DNA of 64,000 bases, from positions 1 through 64,000 of the IMG/VR virus record IMGVR_UViG_3300044922_000409, one strand, 5' to 3'. This document shows, piece by piece, positions 26,861-37,047 of this stretch. The notes below the pieces were generated by a model, which worked only from the letters and a program-made list of their open reading frames with translations, was not told where the DNA came from and ran no database searches. The translations under genes were made by a program, and so were the position numbers. Numbering within the stretch: position 1 is the first letter of the stretch; each line of letters starts with the position of its first letter. This DNA comes from a virus.

Positions 26861-27189
26861 TATAATTTCCCTTTCCTTTTTATCTTTACTTTAATTATCG
26901 GTTCGATTAAGCCATCTTGTATTTTTTGGTCACGCTCTTGTATTAACGCTTTAGCACGCTTACTTGGAGTTTTAGGAGAGAAATGATAATATCTCCAATC
27001 TTGAACTGTTTTGCGTTGTTCATCACAATAATTTCTAAGCTTAACGCTAAGTTTTTTAATTTCCATTAATTCTTTACGTAAGTCTACAACAGTAGCTGAA
27101 TTTTGTATTGTAACCCAGCGTTGATGTGCTTTAAAGTATTCATTAAATGCATTCATTATTTCGTCGTGTAATTCTTCATTTGGTAACAT
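26860..27189 (-). CDS. Small helical basic hypothetical protein, possibly DNA-binding
   Basis: 109 aa with a K/R-rich C-terminus; AATAAATA at 27209-27216. Confidence 0.65.
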   Translation of the reverse strand: MLPNEELHDEIMNAFNEYFKAHQRWVTIQNSATVVDLRKELMEIKKLSVKLRNYCDEQRKTVQDWRYYHFSPKTPSKRAKALIQERDQKIQDGLIEPIIKVKIKRKGKL

Positions 27190-27226
27190 AATAATTCCAT
27201 ATAATAACTATTTATTAGTCGTGAGA

Positions 27227-27252
27227 ATGCCACTCTAAAAATAAAGTGGCAT
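27227..27252. terminator. Hairpin after the gp46 stop codon, possible terminator or processing site
   Basis: ATGCCACT-N10-AGTGGCAT, without a clear U-tract. Confidence 0.4.
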
Positions 27253-27256
27253 ACAT

Positions 27257-29026
27257 TTATCGGATTTCTAAATCTGTATCGTAGGAAGTAAAACCGTTTT
27301 CCTTTACAACTCTAAGTACATTGTTTACACGTCCAATTAATTCTTCTTTATGACTAATTAAGAACACGTTTTTATGACGTTCTCTTGCCATACCTTTTAG
27401 TACAGTTAACGCACTTTCAATACCATTAGCATCTAAACCGTTGTCAATAAGTTCGTCTACAAATAACAAGTTAATACCTTGATATAGACTTTCCCACACA
27501 TCACGGAATGCCCAAGACATACCTAAAATCAGTCTGTTACGTTCCCCACGGGATAAATTGTCAAAATCTAAATCTTGTCCTAATTGTGTAATTTCGACAG
27601 TTAAATCATTTTGAAATACTACATTATGCGGCAACCCCATCTTATCTAAGTAGTAAGTTAACCGATTGTTTAAGTACGCTAAATTTTGATCTATAATTTT
27701 TTTACGGATAAAACTGTCTTTATTTGTGAGTAGTTTAAGCAAAAACTCTTGGTGATCTTTGAGTGCGTTTGCTTCGTTAATCTTATCCCAACTAATCTCT
27801 TGTAATGCAGCATTCCGCATTTCGTCAATTTGTTCTTGGTATGGATCAGTGTCAACTGCTTTAACTTCTAACTGTTGTTCTAAAGATCTAAAGTTAGTTT
27901 GGTGTTTTAATGCTTGCTCAAGTGTGTCATAATATGTATCTGGTCTAGTTTCAATAACTGTAATATTAGCTAGCTCATTGCATATTTTATTGTAATCAGA
28001 TGACACTTTATCAAAATATTTTTGTGCTTCGAGTAAGTGTTGTTCGGCAGTGTTAAGTAATTCTGTGTGTTTGTGATCGTGTAATTCTTGTTCACAAGCA
28101 TGACATTTTTTGTTATCAAGTGCGTTAATTTCTCTAACATATTTGTCTCTAGTTTTAGTAGCTTGACTTGATGCAGACTCTAAAGTTGCTTTTTCTTTGT
28201 TAAGACTTGCTATTGTTGCACGTTGTTCTAAGTACTCTTTTAGTAACGAATGATTAGCAACTTCAGCTTCAATGTCTACACTTTCCATTTCTACAATGGC
28301 ACGAGCAAGTTTTTCAAGATCAGTTTCTTGTTGACTATACCATGCTTTTTGTCTTAATAACAGGGTATTAATGCTTTGTTGAATACGCTCATTTGACTTT
28401 TTAGCAGCTTCAATGTTTGCAGTTTCTTGATAAATTGTATCTTTGGTTTGTCTAACTTGCTCTTTAAGTGTTTCGGCTTTTTCACTTAGCAATGTAATAC
28501 CTAACAGTTGTTCAATGATTTCTCGTTGATCATTTGCTCTCATTGACAAGAATGGTTCTGTGTAAGTGTTCAATGCAACGATATGTTTGAACATATCATG
28601 ACTCATACCGAATAAGTGATGCAAGTCTTTTTGTGTCTCTCTCATATCGCCTTGTGCATCGTCTGCTAACACTTGTGATTCTTCGTTAACAAAGAACTTA
28701 AGAACAGTTGGTTTGCGTCCACGTTCGATGCGATATGTGTTACCGTCTTTTTCAAAAGACAACGTAACTAACATGTTCTTATTATTGATTTTATTGATTA
28801 AATTATCTTTTTTGATGTTAGTAAGAGCAGAACCGTATAGCGCGTAACTAATAGCGTTTAACATTGCAGTTTTTCCTACTCCGTTTCTAGATCCAGCGTC
28901 ATCACCGCCTTGATCTAGGTTTTCTCCTAATACAAGTGTTAAGTTATCAGTAGTTAAGTTTACTGCTTGCGTTTGGTTACCGATTGAGAGAAAGTTTTTT
29001 GCAGTTATTGATTTAAGTGTTATCAT
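27257..29026 (-). CDS. gp46: Recombination ATPase subunit, T4 gp46/SbcC/Rad50-like
   Basis: KNFLSIGN, Walker A RNGVGKT, zinc hook CHAC, signature LSRGE, Walker B LFVDE and ISH. Confidence 0.95.
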   Translation of the reverse strand: MITLKSITAKNFLSIGNQTQAVNLTTDNLTLVLGENLDQGGDDAGSRNGVGKTAMLNAISYALYGSALTNIKKDNLINKINNKNMLVTLSFEKDGNTYRIERGRKPTVLKFFVNEESQVLADDAQGDMRETQKDLHHLFGMSHDMFKHIVALNTYTEPFLSMRANDQREIIEQLLGITLLSEKAETLKEQVRQTKDTIYQETANIEAAKKSNERIQQSINTLLLRQKAWYSQQETDLEKLARAIVEMESVDIEAEVANHSLLKEYLEQRATIASLNKEKATLESASSQATKTRDKYVREINALDNKKCHACEQELHDHKHTELLNTAEQHLLEAQKYFDKVSSDYNKICNELANITVIETRPDTYYDTLEQALKHQTNFRSLEQQLEVKAVDTDPYQEQIDEMRNAALQEISWDKINEANALKDHQEFLLKLLTNKDSFIRKKIIDQNLAYLNNRLTYYLDKMGLPHNVVFQNDLTVEITQLGQDLDFDNLSRGERNRLILGMSWAFRDVWESLYQGINLLFVDELIDNGLDANGIESALTVLKGMARERHKNVFLISHKEELIGRVNNVLRVVKENGFTSYDTDLEIR

Positions 29027-29894
29027 TATAATGGGTAATAAGTTGAATAAGGGTGTTAAGTTCTATAGAACATTTAATATGTTTAGATATATTGTCTGTG
29101 TAAGGCATCATTACTAAGTTACAAATATGACCAATTATTTCCGGAGGAACGCTGTCTGTAAATCCCTGCCAAACACTAAATTTATGGTCTAAATGATAAG
29201 TTAATCGACCTCGTTTATCGTAGTTTTCTAAAATGGTCAAGTTTTGTTTTCTCGTTTCAGCCCATACTTGTCTTTTATATTGTTCAAACTCAGAATGTAA
29301 ATCAGGCGACATACATAATCCTAATTTTACCTTTGTATCTATAACTCTTTCAAAAATTTCTTTAGTTTTTTCTTTAGGACGGCGGGCAACAGTAAGTTTT
29401 ACGTTAGTAGAAACTTTCTGCTTTAATAACGTTGCTTCATCTTCTGATAAATGTAACCATCGATTTTTTCGTCTATTAATATCATTTATTTCTTCAATTG
29501 ATTTAGATTTTAATGTTTCTTGCCATTTTTGTTGGCGTTGACTCCAAATTTCAAATCCTTCTTTATCACCGTATTTGTTAATACATATTTTTTTAGAAAA
29601 GTTAGTCTGAAACTCTGATAGTTTTAAAGTTGCATCTTCGAATGACAGCCCTTTTGTTAACCAAAATTCTAAACATCGAGGAGATAATTTTCGTTTTTCT
29701 TCAGCAGACATTTCTTTTCGTTTTTTACCTCCTTGTTGCTGTCGTTCTTTTACTAATAAGGTTGCTTCATCTTCTGAATATCCTTTGTTGATATAATATA
29801 AAACATTATTTGGTCTTCTAATTGCAATTTGATATTTTGCGTCATCTTCTGAATATCCTTTTGTAATCCAGTATGACAAAGAAAATACTGACAT
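29013..29894 (-). CDS. Freestanding HNH-type homing endonuclease with N-terminal (Y/F)WxxKGxSxE(D/E)A repeats
   Basis: C-terminal YHLDHKFS...ICNLVMMPYTDNISK. Sits between gp47 and gp46 with its own AAGGAG site and CTAAATA (29913-29919). Confidence 0.75.
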   Translation of the reverse strand: MSVFSLSYWITKGYSEDDAKYQIAIRRPNNVLYYINKGYSEDEATLLVKERQQQGGKKRKEMSAEEKRKLSPRCLEFWLTKGLSFEDATLKLSEFQTNFSKKICINKYGDKEGFEIWSQRQQKWQETLKSKSIEEINDINRRKNRWLHLSEDEATLLKQKVSTNVKLTVARRPKEKTKEIFERVIDTKVKLGLCMSPDLHSEFEQYKRQVWAETRKQNLTILENYDKRGRLTYHLDHKFSVWQGFTDSVPPEIIGHICNLVMMPYTDNISKHIKCSIELNTLIQLITHYNDNT

Positions 29895-29946
29895 AGGTTT
29901 CTCCTTTATTTGTATTTAGTTAACGGCACTGGTAAATGTAATATCT

Positions 29947-30960
29947 TCATAGGTTGCTATAGATTGATAATAATGTGTTTTTGTTATAAGTTTCAGAGTC
30001 AATATTTACAATTTGAGTTGCTACAATTTCGTCTATACTTTCAAATGCTTCAATGTCTACGTTGCTTGATACATCTATTGACTTGCGTTCTTCAATTACT
30101 TTAAGTTCTCTTAATTTATAATCTCCAATAAACTTTTCTTTAATAAAGCTAGCTTCTTCAAAGCTAATATCAATGTCTAATGCTACACGTAAGTGTTGAT
30201 TTGGTTTAAGAATCTTATCAGCATCGTCTAAAAGTTGACTTAATTTAACAGTTCTAAATGTAGGTTGATTTGGCCAAGTAAAGAATTCAGGTTGTCCGTC
30301 CCACTCTAAAACCATCATACCTCTTGCATCGTCCCACGCATCTGCATAGTTATGCGGGAATGCATTACCAATGTAATGCATGTTTTCACGTTGCTGTCTT
30401 TTGTGAAAATGACCACTAAAACCAAGTTCATAACTGCTAAAAGCTTCTAAACTAATCTCACCGTGATCTGGCATTTGTACCATTGCGTTCATAAAAAAAT
30501 GAGGTAATTCAAAGTGACCAAAGATATACTTCGCACCTTTCTTACCAATTTCTTTCCATTCATCATGTACTAACCAAGGACATAATGTAACATTTTTAAT
30601 AGTAGTTGGGTGATGAACTACGGTAATTCCGGGGATATATTTGCCAAATTCAACACTGTGTATGTCACGTTTATCTTTGTAATATAGGTCATGATTACCT
30701 GGAAAAAAGTAAAACTCATCAAATGCTTGACCTAATTTTTCCAAAGCTCGAAGGCTGTAATCCATAGTTGTGATGTTTAAACTATTACGATTATGATGCC
30801 AATCTCCCATAAAGATACCAACATCACACCCTTCTTCTTTTGCTTTTGCAATGTACCAATCTACAAAATCTTCACAATCTTGATTGTGAACGCTGCTGTT
30901 TGACTTAAGACCATAATGGATATCGGTAAAAACAGCAGCCTTTTTAAATAAATTATTCAT
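29947..30960 (-). CDS. gp47: Recombination nuclease subunit, T4 gp47/SbcD/Mre11-like
   Basis: Metallophosphoesterase motifs TDIHYG, GDWHH, GNHD, GHFE and SGHFH. Confidence 0.95.
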   Translation of the reverse strand: MNNLFKKAAVFTDIHYGLKSNSSVHNQDCEDFVDWYIAKAKEEGCDVGIFMGDWHHNRNSLNITTMDYSLRALEKLGQAFDEFYFFPGNHDLYYKDKRDIHSVEFGKYIPGITVVHHPTTIKNVTLCPWLVHDEWKEIGKKGAKYIFGHFELPHFFMNAMVQMPDHGEISLEAFSSYELGFSGHFHKRQQRENMHYIGNAFPHNYADAWDDARGMMVLEWDGQPEFFTWPNQPTFRTVKLSQLLDDADKILKPNQHLRVALDIDISFEEASFIKEKFIGDYKLRELKVIEERKSIDVSSNVDIEAFESIDEIVATQIVNIDSETYNKNTLLSIYSNL

Positions 30961-31210
30961 TATTTCCTATTGAACTATATTTTAATAAAAACCAAACTAA
31001 ATCTTTGTTTGTGATAAATGTAACATCCCCGCCAAAACTACTATTAAAATTTACGTTGCATTTATAAGTATCTTCAAAAAGCTTTTCAAGATATCTAGCA
31101 GTGGCATCTGGGTGTTCTTCTCTAAGTATTTTATAAGCAGCATCGAGTGCCGGATGCTGAATATCTAATGAGTTATTCGTGATCTTCTGATCGTCGCATT
31201 GCAATGTCAT
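30953..31210 (-). CDS. Small hypothetical protein
   Basis: 85-aa ORF filling the gp55-gp47 gap and ending KDLVWFLLKYS; start uncertain. Confidence 0.55.
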   Translation of the reverse strand: MTLQCDDQKITNNSLDIQHPALDAAYKILREEHPDATARYLEKLFEDTYKCNVNFNSSFGGDVTFITNKDLVWFLLKYSSIGNNE

Positions 31211-31997
31211 ATTCTTCTGATCCGGTCCTAGTATATGATGGGTTCATTCCGTTCATTTCTAAAATATCATCTCTAATATTTTGATTACGTTTTTCTATGT
31301 TAATAACTCTAACAAATGAATTAGTGCAGGCAGCGGTAAAATATGCAAACGGATTATCTGATTTTGATTCATCAAACTGTAAACCAATTTGTGTTAGCTG
31401 TAATATTGCCTGTCCGCGCATCTCGTCATTGTAAGTATACCCTCTTACATTACCTCTAGTTGCGTATCGCTCACACAGTTTAATCATCATTCTTGCTAAA
31501 GTATCAGTAATTTGTCCTGCAGTTCTATGATATTGCCCTGTTTCTAAGTCCCCTGACCAGTGACTCTTGCCAACGCACACTAAAACATTATCTATAAATT
31601 TCCAATGTTGAAACGGTGGAAAGTTTACTTTGTCTCTTTTATCTGCTTCTGTTTTTGGATTTTTCTTTCTAGTTGCATTTAGTGGAATATGTTCATATGA
31701 CATAATTCTAAATACTAAATCTTCTTTTGCTATAGTTTTATAACTAATTTCACAATCTGCTTGTTTAAGTTTTTCGCCATTGTTCTTTCTAGTTAAATAG
31801 TTTAAATCACCTAGCCGCTTTGCTTGATTCCGTTTTGCATCTGCTATAGTACGAATGTTTATCTTATCTATACTAGGTAAAATTAAATCGTATTGATGAT
31901 ACGATGGGTCAGTAAAAACACAATAAGAGCTTTTTGATCTATGTATTTCTAACAGCATATCTTTGTTGTTTAAGTAATTTACTTTTGGTGTAAGCAT
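31173..31997 (-). CDS. gp55: Late-transcription sigma factor, T4 gp55-like
   Basis: Motifs NYLNNKDMLLEI, RGYTYNDEM and QFDESKSDNPFAYFT. Start moved from 32012 to the ATG at 31997, which has GGAG 9 nt upstream. Confidence 0.88.
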   Translation of the reverse strand: MLTPKVNYLNNKDMLLEIHRSKSSYCVFTDPSYHQYDLILPSIDKINIRTIADAKRNQAKRLGDLNYLTRKNNGEKLKQADCEISYKTIAKEDLVFRIMSYEHIPLNATRKKNPKTEADKRDKVNFPPFQHWKFIDNVLVCVGKSHWSGDLETGQYHRTAGQITDTLARMMIKLCERYATRGNVRGYTYNDEMRGQAILQLTQIGLQFDESKSDNPFAYFTAACTNSFVRVINIEKRNQNIRDDILEMNGMNPSYTRTGSEEYDIAMRRSEDHE

Positions 31998-32022
31998 TGT
32001 TTGTATCTCCATTTACATAGCT

Positions 32023-32051
32023 ATTATAAACTCTACACTTAATAAAGTCAA
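32023..32051 (-). promoter_or_regulatory. Sigma70 promoter for the gp55-gp47-gp46 operon
   Basis: TTGACT (32051-32046), 17 nt, TATAAT (32028-32023). Confidence 0.85.
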
Positions 32052-32058
32052 ATAAATA
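32028..32058 (+). promoter_or_regulatory. Late promoter AATAAATA with an upstream ACACTTAAT element, driving the baseplate operon
   Basis: AAACTCTACACTTAATAAAGTCAAATAAATA, followed by AAGGA and the ATG at 32081. Confidence 0.7.
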
Positions 32059-32080
32059 ATGTAATATAAGGAACACAATT

Positions 32081-32983
32081 ATGTCAATTTCAGGTTTAGG
32101 AGCAGTTGCAGGTGCGGGAATTTCAGCACTTGGCAACGCAGGTAATTTATTAACTAACATACGATCAGCAACGTTGCCTAGAGCAGGCGAAGTAATTGGT
32201 GATTTTATGAGTGTAAAAGCAGCATTTGATGATATGGGAATTGATGATTGGCGAGCAAGACTCACGTTGCCAACGTGGCCAAGTTTTAGAGGAAGTCCGG
32301 TATTAAAGCCATTAGTCGATGCCGGTGGCATGATATTTCCATATACGCCAAACATTCAACTAGCAAGTTCTGCAAAGTACACTACGGTATCACCGATACA
32401 TTCAAATTTTAATTTTCAAGCGTTTCAACATAGTGATCCGGGATCTATTACAGTTACTGCGCCAATGAATGTCGAGGATACTACTCAAGCATTGTATTGG
32501 ATTGCTGCATTACATTACTTTCGATCAATAACTAAAATGTTTTCCGGTAATGATCCAAAAGCAGGGAATCCACCGCCAATTGTAATGTTTAATGCATATG
32601 GAAGTTATGTATTTAATAATGTACCAGTTGTTATAACATCGTTTAGCACTAATCTTACTGCAGAATGCGACTATATTCCAGTTGCTACTGTTACCAGTAA
32701 AGCAGGATTAGTTGCAGGTATGGCAGATGCAGCAGGTCAGGTTTCTAATGCATTTGGATTAAACGGAGTTACTGATATTTTTGATGGTATATCTGAAGTT
32801 GCACAGTTAGCAAATTCATTAGGTACAGGCGGCACAAAAAAAGACGGGACAGCATATGTTCCTACTAAATCGTCGTTTACTATAACAATGGTACCTGCGT
32901 ATAGTAGAACAAGTGCTCGCAAGTTTAGTTTAGATAATTTCGTCGCAGGCGGATATTTAAATAACAGTTTTGGATATTTATAA
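32081..32983 (+). CDS. Baseplate/tail-tube initiator-like protein (gp48/gp54 position)
   Basis: Motifs DWRARL, GMIFPYTPNI, GNPPPIVMFNAYG..VFNNVPVVITSF. First gene of the baseplate operon. Confidence 0.65.
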   Translation: MSISGLGAVAGAGISALGNAGNLLTNIRSATLPRAGEVIGDFMSVKAAFDDMGIDDWRARLTLPTWPSFRGSPVLKPLVDAGGMIFPYTPNIQLASSAKYTTVSPIHSNFNFQAFQHSDPGSITVTAPMNVEDTTQALYWIAALHYFRSITKMFSGNDPKAGNPPPIVMFNAYGSYVFNNVPVVITSFSTNLTAECDYIPVATVTSKAGLVAGMADAAGQVSNAFGLNGVTDIFDGISEVAQLANSLGTGGTKKDGTAYVPTKSSFTITMVPAYSRTSARKFSLDNFVAGGYLNNSFGYL

Positions 32984-32984
32984 T

Positions 32985-33284
32985 ATGGCATCATATAGCA
33001 ATACAAGTCCGTGGTTTAGAACCCCTATAACACAAGGATATTTAGGTATATTAAAAATACGTCCGGTTGCAGAAGAAGTATCGGATTTTTTATATACGAT
33101 TGAATCTCAATATACACATCGTCCTGATCTATTAGCGTTTGATTTATACGGCACTTCTGCATTATGGTGGGTATTTACGCAGCGTAATTTAGATGTAATA
33201 CAAGATCCAATATTTGATTTTGTACCAGGAACGAAGATATATATTCCGCAATTTAGTAAATTAAAAATATCATTAGGAATATAA
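32985..33284 (+). CDS. gp53: Baseplate wedge protein, gp53/LysM-like
   Basis: YTHRPDLLAFDLYGTSALWWVFTQRN...GTKIYIP. The ATG at 32985 is preferred over the TTG at 32970. Confidence 0.8.
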   Translation: MASYSNTSPWFRTPITQGYLGILKIRPVAEEVSDFLYTIESQYTHRPDLLAFDLYGTSALWWVFTQRNLDVIQDPIFDFVPGTKIYIPQFSKLKISLGI

Positions 33285-33285
33285 T

Positions 33286-35484
33286 ATGGCTTCAATACTT
33301 GACTCAGCAACAACAATGGTAAGCGACGCAGCGTCATCTGCAATTGATAGTATCTCAGATTTTGCATCATCAATTAGTACTAAATTTAAAACATTTTCAG
33401 AAATATCACTACCGATTGCAAATCCGTTATTTGATTATGCAACATTTAATTACATATTAGGTATTGGTGTGTTAACAGATACTGATTTAGCATTTCCGGA
33501 TAAGTCATACTTAATAAATCGGACATTACCGTCAGATAAACCTATACCGCTAATTGCTAAAACTGCAGGAATTGATCCAAATAATCGGATTAATACTCCA
33601 TACGGGAAGTTTGATTTTTTTATAGATCATTTAGAACTAAGTGCAAGCATTGGATTTGAATCCGGTAACAACACAAATACTGTTCAGTTATCATTTGATA
33701 TTCAAGAACCTTATAGTATGGGATTATTTTCTATAGCATGTAATCAAGCCGCATTAGACGCCGGCCATAAGAACTGGCGAGATGCACCGTTTCTATTAAC
33801 AGTTGAGTTTCGCGGTAACACTGAAACTGGTGTACTTGCTAATATACCGGGCACTTCAAGGTATATTCCATTCAAGTTTACAAATATGAGTATGACTGTA
33901 AACCATACCGGTTGTGTATATCATTGTAATGCAATGGCATATAATCAATCTGCACTTAGTACAAAACATGCTGTATTAACAAATGACATTTCGGTTAAAG
34001 GTAAAACAGTACAAGAAATTTTGCAAACAGGTGAAAAAAGTTTACAAGCGGTATGGAATAAACGATTGCAGCAATTTAAAGATGATAAAATTATAGAAGT
34101 TCCGGACGAGGTTATCATAGTTTTTCCAAATGATATTGCATCAGAAAGCACAGATGCAACTGCTGATGAGTCAGGAGATTCAAGCGGCACTGCGACTACT
34201 GTAGGATCAACTGACATATATTCAAAAATTGGCGTAACAAAAAGTGCAATTAACCAAACGCAAGTACAGGATCCTGCTAATTGTAATATGTTAGGTAAAG
34301 CGTCTATGGGATTTGGACAAGAAAAACCTGCAGATTCTCCATACGGAAAAGATAACAATGTTTATAATGAAGAATGGAAAGTGTATGTGCAAGCAAATAA
34401 TGTTCCAGATTTTACAGTAAGTGATTTTAAATTTAGTCAAGATACTGATATTCCAAATGCGATTAACCAGGTTCTATTGCAAAGTAATTATCCGCACGGC
34501 GCATTTGATTCTAAAAGCATCACACCTGAAGGTTATCGTAAGTGGTGGAGAATAGATGTACAACTTTATAATGTATCATCTGATGCAAATTTAAAATCTA
34601 CAGGAGTTAAACCTAAAATTATTGTATATCGAGTAGTTCCATATAATGTACATGAGAGTTCCGGAGTAATGCCAAACAATGTTAAACCTCGAGGCTACGA
34701 CAAAATGAATGTAGTTAAGGTATACAATTATATCTATACTGGGAAAAATGTTGATATTAAAAAGTTTGAAATTAAAATTGAGAATACATTTCAAGCAATG
34801 ATGAATGCTGATGCAGGTAAATCTTCACAAGACATAAAAGAAGCCGCTGAAAACGGCGGGTTTTTATCAAAAGTCGCTAATATGTTTTCGTTGGTAGGTA
34901 CTGATCCAGAAGACGGTGTTACTCCTACACAAACATCATATTCTACTACTAAAACTGACACTGATCGATTAGGCGGCGGTGGGTCTGAGACTGTTGCAAA
35001 TCGAATAGCACGAAATTTTCATGATCAAGTATGTAGCGGAATGGATATGATAATGTTGGATATGGAAATCATCGGAGATCCGCATTGGATAGTTCAAAGC
35101 GGAGTTGGTAATTATACATCACAACAGACTCAGTTTCCTACATTAAATGCAGACAGTAGTGTAAATTACCAAAGTGGTGAAGTTGACATTATTGTTAATT
35201 TTAGATGCCCGATTGATATTAATCAAGCAACTGGCATGGACGATTTTACCGGTGGAGCACCGACATCAGAACTAATGCAATTTAGTGGACTATATCGAGT
35301 AAATCAATTAACAAGTTTGTTTAATCGCGGTGATTTTACACAGGTATTAAAAGGGCAGCGTAGGAAATTGCAAGAAGCAACAACCAAAGACGAGCCAGAT
35401 CCATCATTTAGTACTGATAGTTTTACATTTGACGGAACACCGTCGATTGGATCGATAATTGATAAAGTAACAAACTTGTTTTAA
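33286..35484 (+). CDS. Baseplate hub protein (gp27/VgrG-N-like position)
   Basis: 732 aa between gp53 and gp5. Motifs EPYSMGLF, YNYIYTGKNVDI, MEIIGDPHWI and FSGLYRV...F..GDFTQVL. Confidence 0.65.
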   Translation: MASILDSATTMVSDAASSAIDSISDFASSISTKFKTFSEISLPIANPLFDYATFNYILGIGVLTDTDLAFPDKSYLINRTLPSDKPIPLIAKTAGIDPNNRINTPYGKFDFFIDHLELSASIGFESGNNTNTVQLSFDIQEPYSMGLFSIACNQAALDAGHKNWRDAPFLLTVEFRGNTETGVLANIPGTSRYIPFKFTNMSMTVNHTGCVYHCNAMAYNQSALSTKHAVLTNDISVKGKTVQEILQTGEKSLQAVWNKRLQQFKDDKIIEVPDEVIIVFPNDIASESTDATADESGDSSGTATTVGSTDIYSKIGVTKSAINQTQVQDPANCNMLGKASMGFGQEKPADSPYGKDNNVYNEEWKVYVQANNVPDFTVSDFKFSQDTDIPNAINQVLLQSNYPHGAFDSKSITPEGYRKWWRIDVQLYNVSSDANLKSTGVKPKIIVYRVVPYNVHESSGVMPNNVKPRGYDKMNVVKVYNYIYTGKNVDIKKFEIKIENTFQAMMNADAGKSSQDIKEAAENGGFLSKVANMFSLVGTDPEDGVTPTQTSYSTTKTDTDRLGGGGSETVANRIARNFHDQVCSGMDMIMLDMEIIGDPHWIVQSGVGNYTSQQTQFPTLNADSSVNYQSGEVDIIVNFRCPIDINQATGMDDFTGGAPTSELMQFSGLYRVNQLTSLFNRGDFTQVLKGQRRKLQEATTKDEPDPSFSTDSFTFDGTPSIGSIIDKVTNLF

Positions 35485-35499
35485 CTAATTAGGATTATA

Positions 35500-37047
35500 A
35501 TGAAACACAACAATTTAGAATCATCACCGAAGTCGCAACCAGCTTCTAAACCAGGACCATTTTTAGCTAAAGTTATTGGGCATTTAGATCCTAGTTTTAT
35601 GGGTGGATTAGAAGTTGAAATTTTAAGACCAGTTGGGAATACCTCAGCTGAAGGCCAATTGCATCAAGTAAAATATATGAGTCCGTTTTATGGAGTCACT
35701 GGTGTTGATTACACAGTAAAAGAACCAGATGATCACAATAATACACAGAAAAGTTATGGCATGTGGATGATTCCGCCTGATCCGGGTACTACTGTTGTTA
35801 TTATTTTTATTGATGGAGATCCAAAGCGTGGGTATTGGATCGGATGTGTTCAAGACGAAAATATGAACTTTATGGTTCCTGGATTAGCCGGAACTGCAAA
35901 TGCAGTTACACCAAAAAAAATTGACGGGGTAGTAACTCGATCGCCGGTATCTGAATACAATAAAAAATCAAATACAACTACCGGTGATGCTACTAAGTTT
36001 AAAAAACCGGTGCATCCTATTGCAGATGCTATGGAAAAAGCAGGTTTATTGCTAGACGACATTCGTGGAATAACAACTAGTAGTGCAAGACGAGAAACAC
36101 CGAGTGCAGTATTTGGTATATCAACTCCTGGCCCATTAGATAAAAAAGGCAAACAAGGCACTATTGGAAAAAAAGAACACGAAATTAAAAATGCGTATGT
36201 AAGTAGATTAGGTGGTACTACGTTTGTAATGGATGACGGAGATGATAAAGTTCTTCGTAAAACTCCGGCTAGCGAAGGAAAACCCGATTATGTTAGAGCA
36301 GACCAGGGAGAAAAAGGTGGAAATGTTGGTATACCGCACAACGAATTAGTTAGACTCCGCACTCGTACAGGTCATCAAATTTTATTGCACAATAGTGAAG
36401 ATTTAATTTATATTGGTAATGCAAAAGGTACTGCATGGATTGAATTAACAAGTAACGGTAAAATTGATATCTATGCAGAAGACTCTATTAGCATCCATAC
36501 TGCTCAAGATTTTAATTTTTATGCAGGGCGAGATATAAACTTTGAAGCTGCTAAAAATATTAATATGAAAGCAGGTGCTGAGTTGCAAATCGAAGCTGGC
36601 AAAGATTTAAATATTGTAATTGGCGGCGATGGCAAAGTTACAACTACCGGTGGACTTGATATTAATACTACTGGTAGTAATAAATTTACTGCAGCTGGAT
36701 CAACTGAAATTAAAAGTGGTGGGAATCACATCGAGTCTGCATCGCAAATTCATATGAACGGGCCAGGCGCAGGTGCAGCTAAATCTGCTAAAAAGTTAAA
36801 GATACATGCATTACCTACTGAAGTAAAAGGTGGAACAATAAATTCAATAATGCGTCGGATACCAACTCACGAACCGTATCCACAGCATGAAAATTTAGAT
36901 CCGTTAAAGTTTAATGCTAGTGCAACTAACCGAGATATTGATGGTCGAACTGAAGGTACTAGTCAAACATTGAAAGAACCAGCAACATTATGGAAAATAT
37001 ATACATCTATAATAGAAACATTTAATAAAGTAAAGGGAGGAAAATAA
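35500..37047 (+). CDS. gp5: Baseplate central spike, gp5-like (OB-fold plus beta-helix)
   Basis: Motifs KSYGMWMIPPD.GT.V...FIDGD..RGYWIGC and RLRTRTGHQILLH, with repetitive beta-helix INFEAAKNINMKAG. Confidence 0.85.
   Translation: MKHNNLESSPKSQPASKPGPFLAKVIGHLDPSFMGGLEVEILRPVGNTSAEGQLHQVKYMSPFYGVTGVDYTVKEPDDHNNTQKSYGMWMIPPDPGTTVVIIFIDGDPKRGYWIGCVQDENMNFMVPGLAGTANAVTPKKIDGVVTRSPVSEYNKKSNTTTGDATKFKKPVHPIADAMEKAGLLLDDIRGITTSSARRETPSAVFGISTPGPLDKKGKQGTIGKKEHEIKNAYVSRLGGTTFVMDDGDDKVLRKTPASEGKPDYVRADQGEKGGNVGIPHNELVRLRTRTGHQILLHNSEDLIYIGNAKGTAWIELTSNGKIDIYAEDSISIHTAQDFNFYAGRDINFEAAKNINMKAGAELQIEAGKDLNIVIGGDGKVTTTGGLDINTTGSNKFTAAGSTEIKSGGNHIESASQIHMNGPGAGAAKSAKKLKIHALPTEVKGGTINSIMRRIPTHEPYPQHENLDPLKFNASATNRDIDGRTEGTSQTLKEPATLWKIYTSIIETFNKVKGGK

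Noticed and set aside
31998-32012. gp55 start at 32012 as given in the ORF track
   Set aside because: It lies only a few nt from the predicted transcription start, whereas the ATG at 31997 has a well-spaced GGAG.
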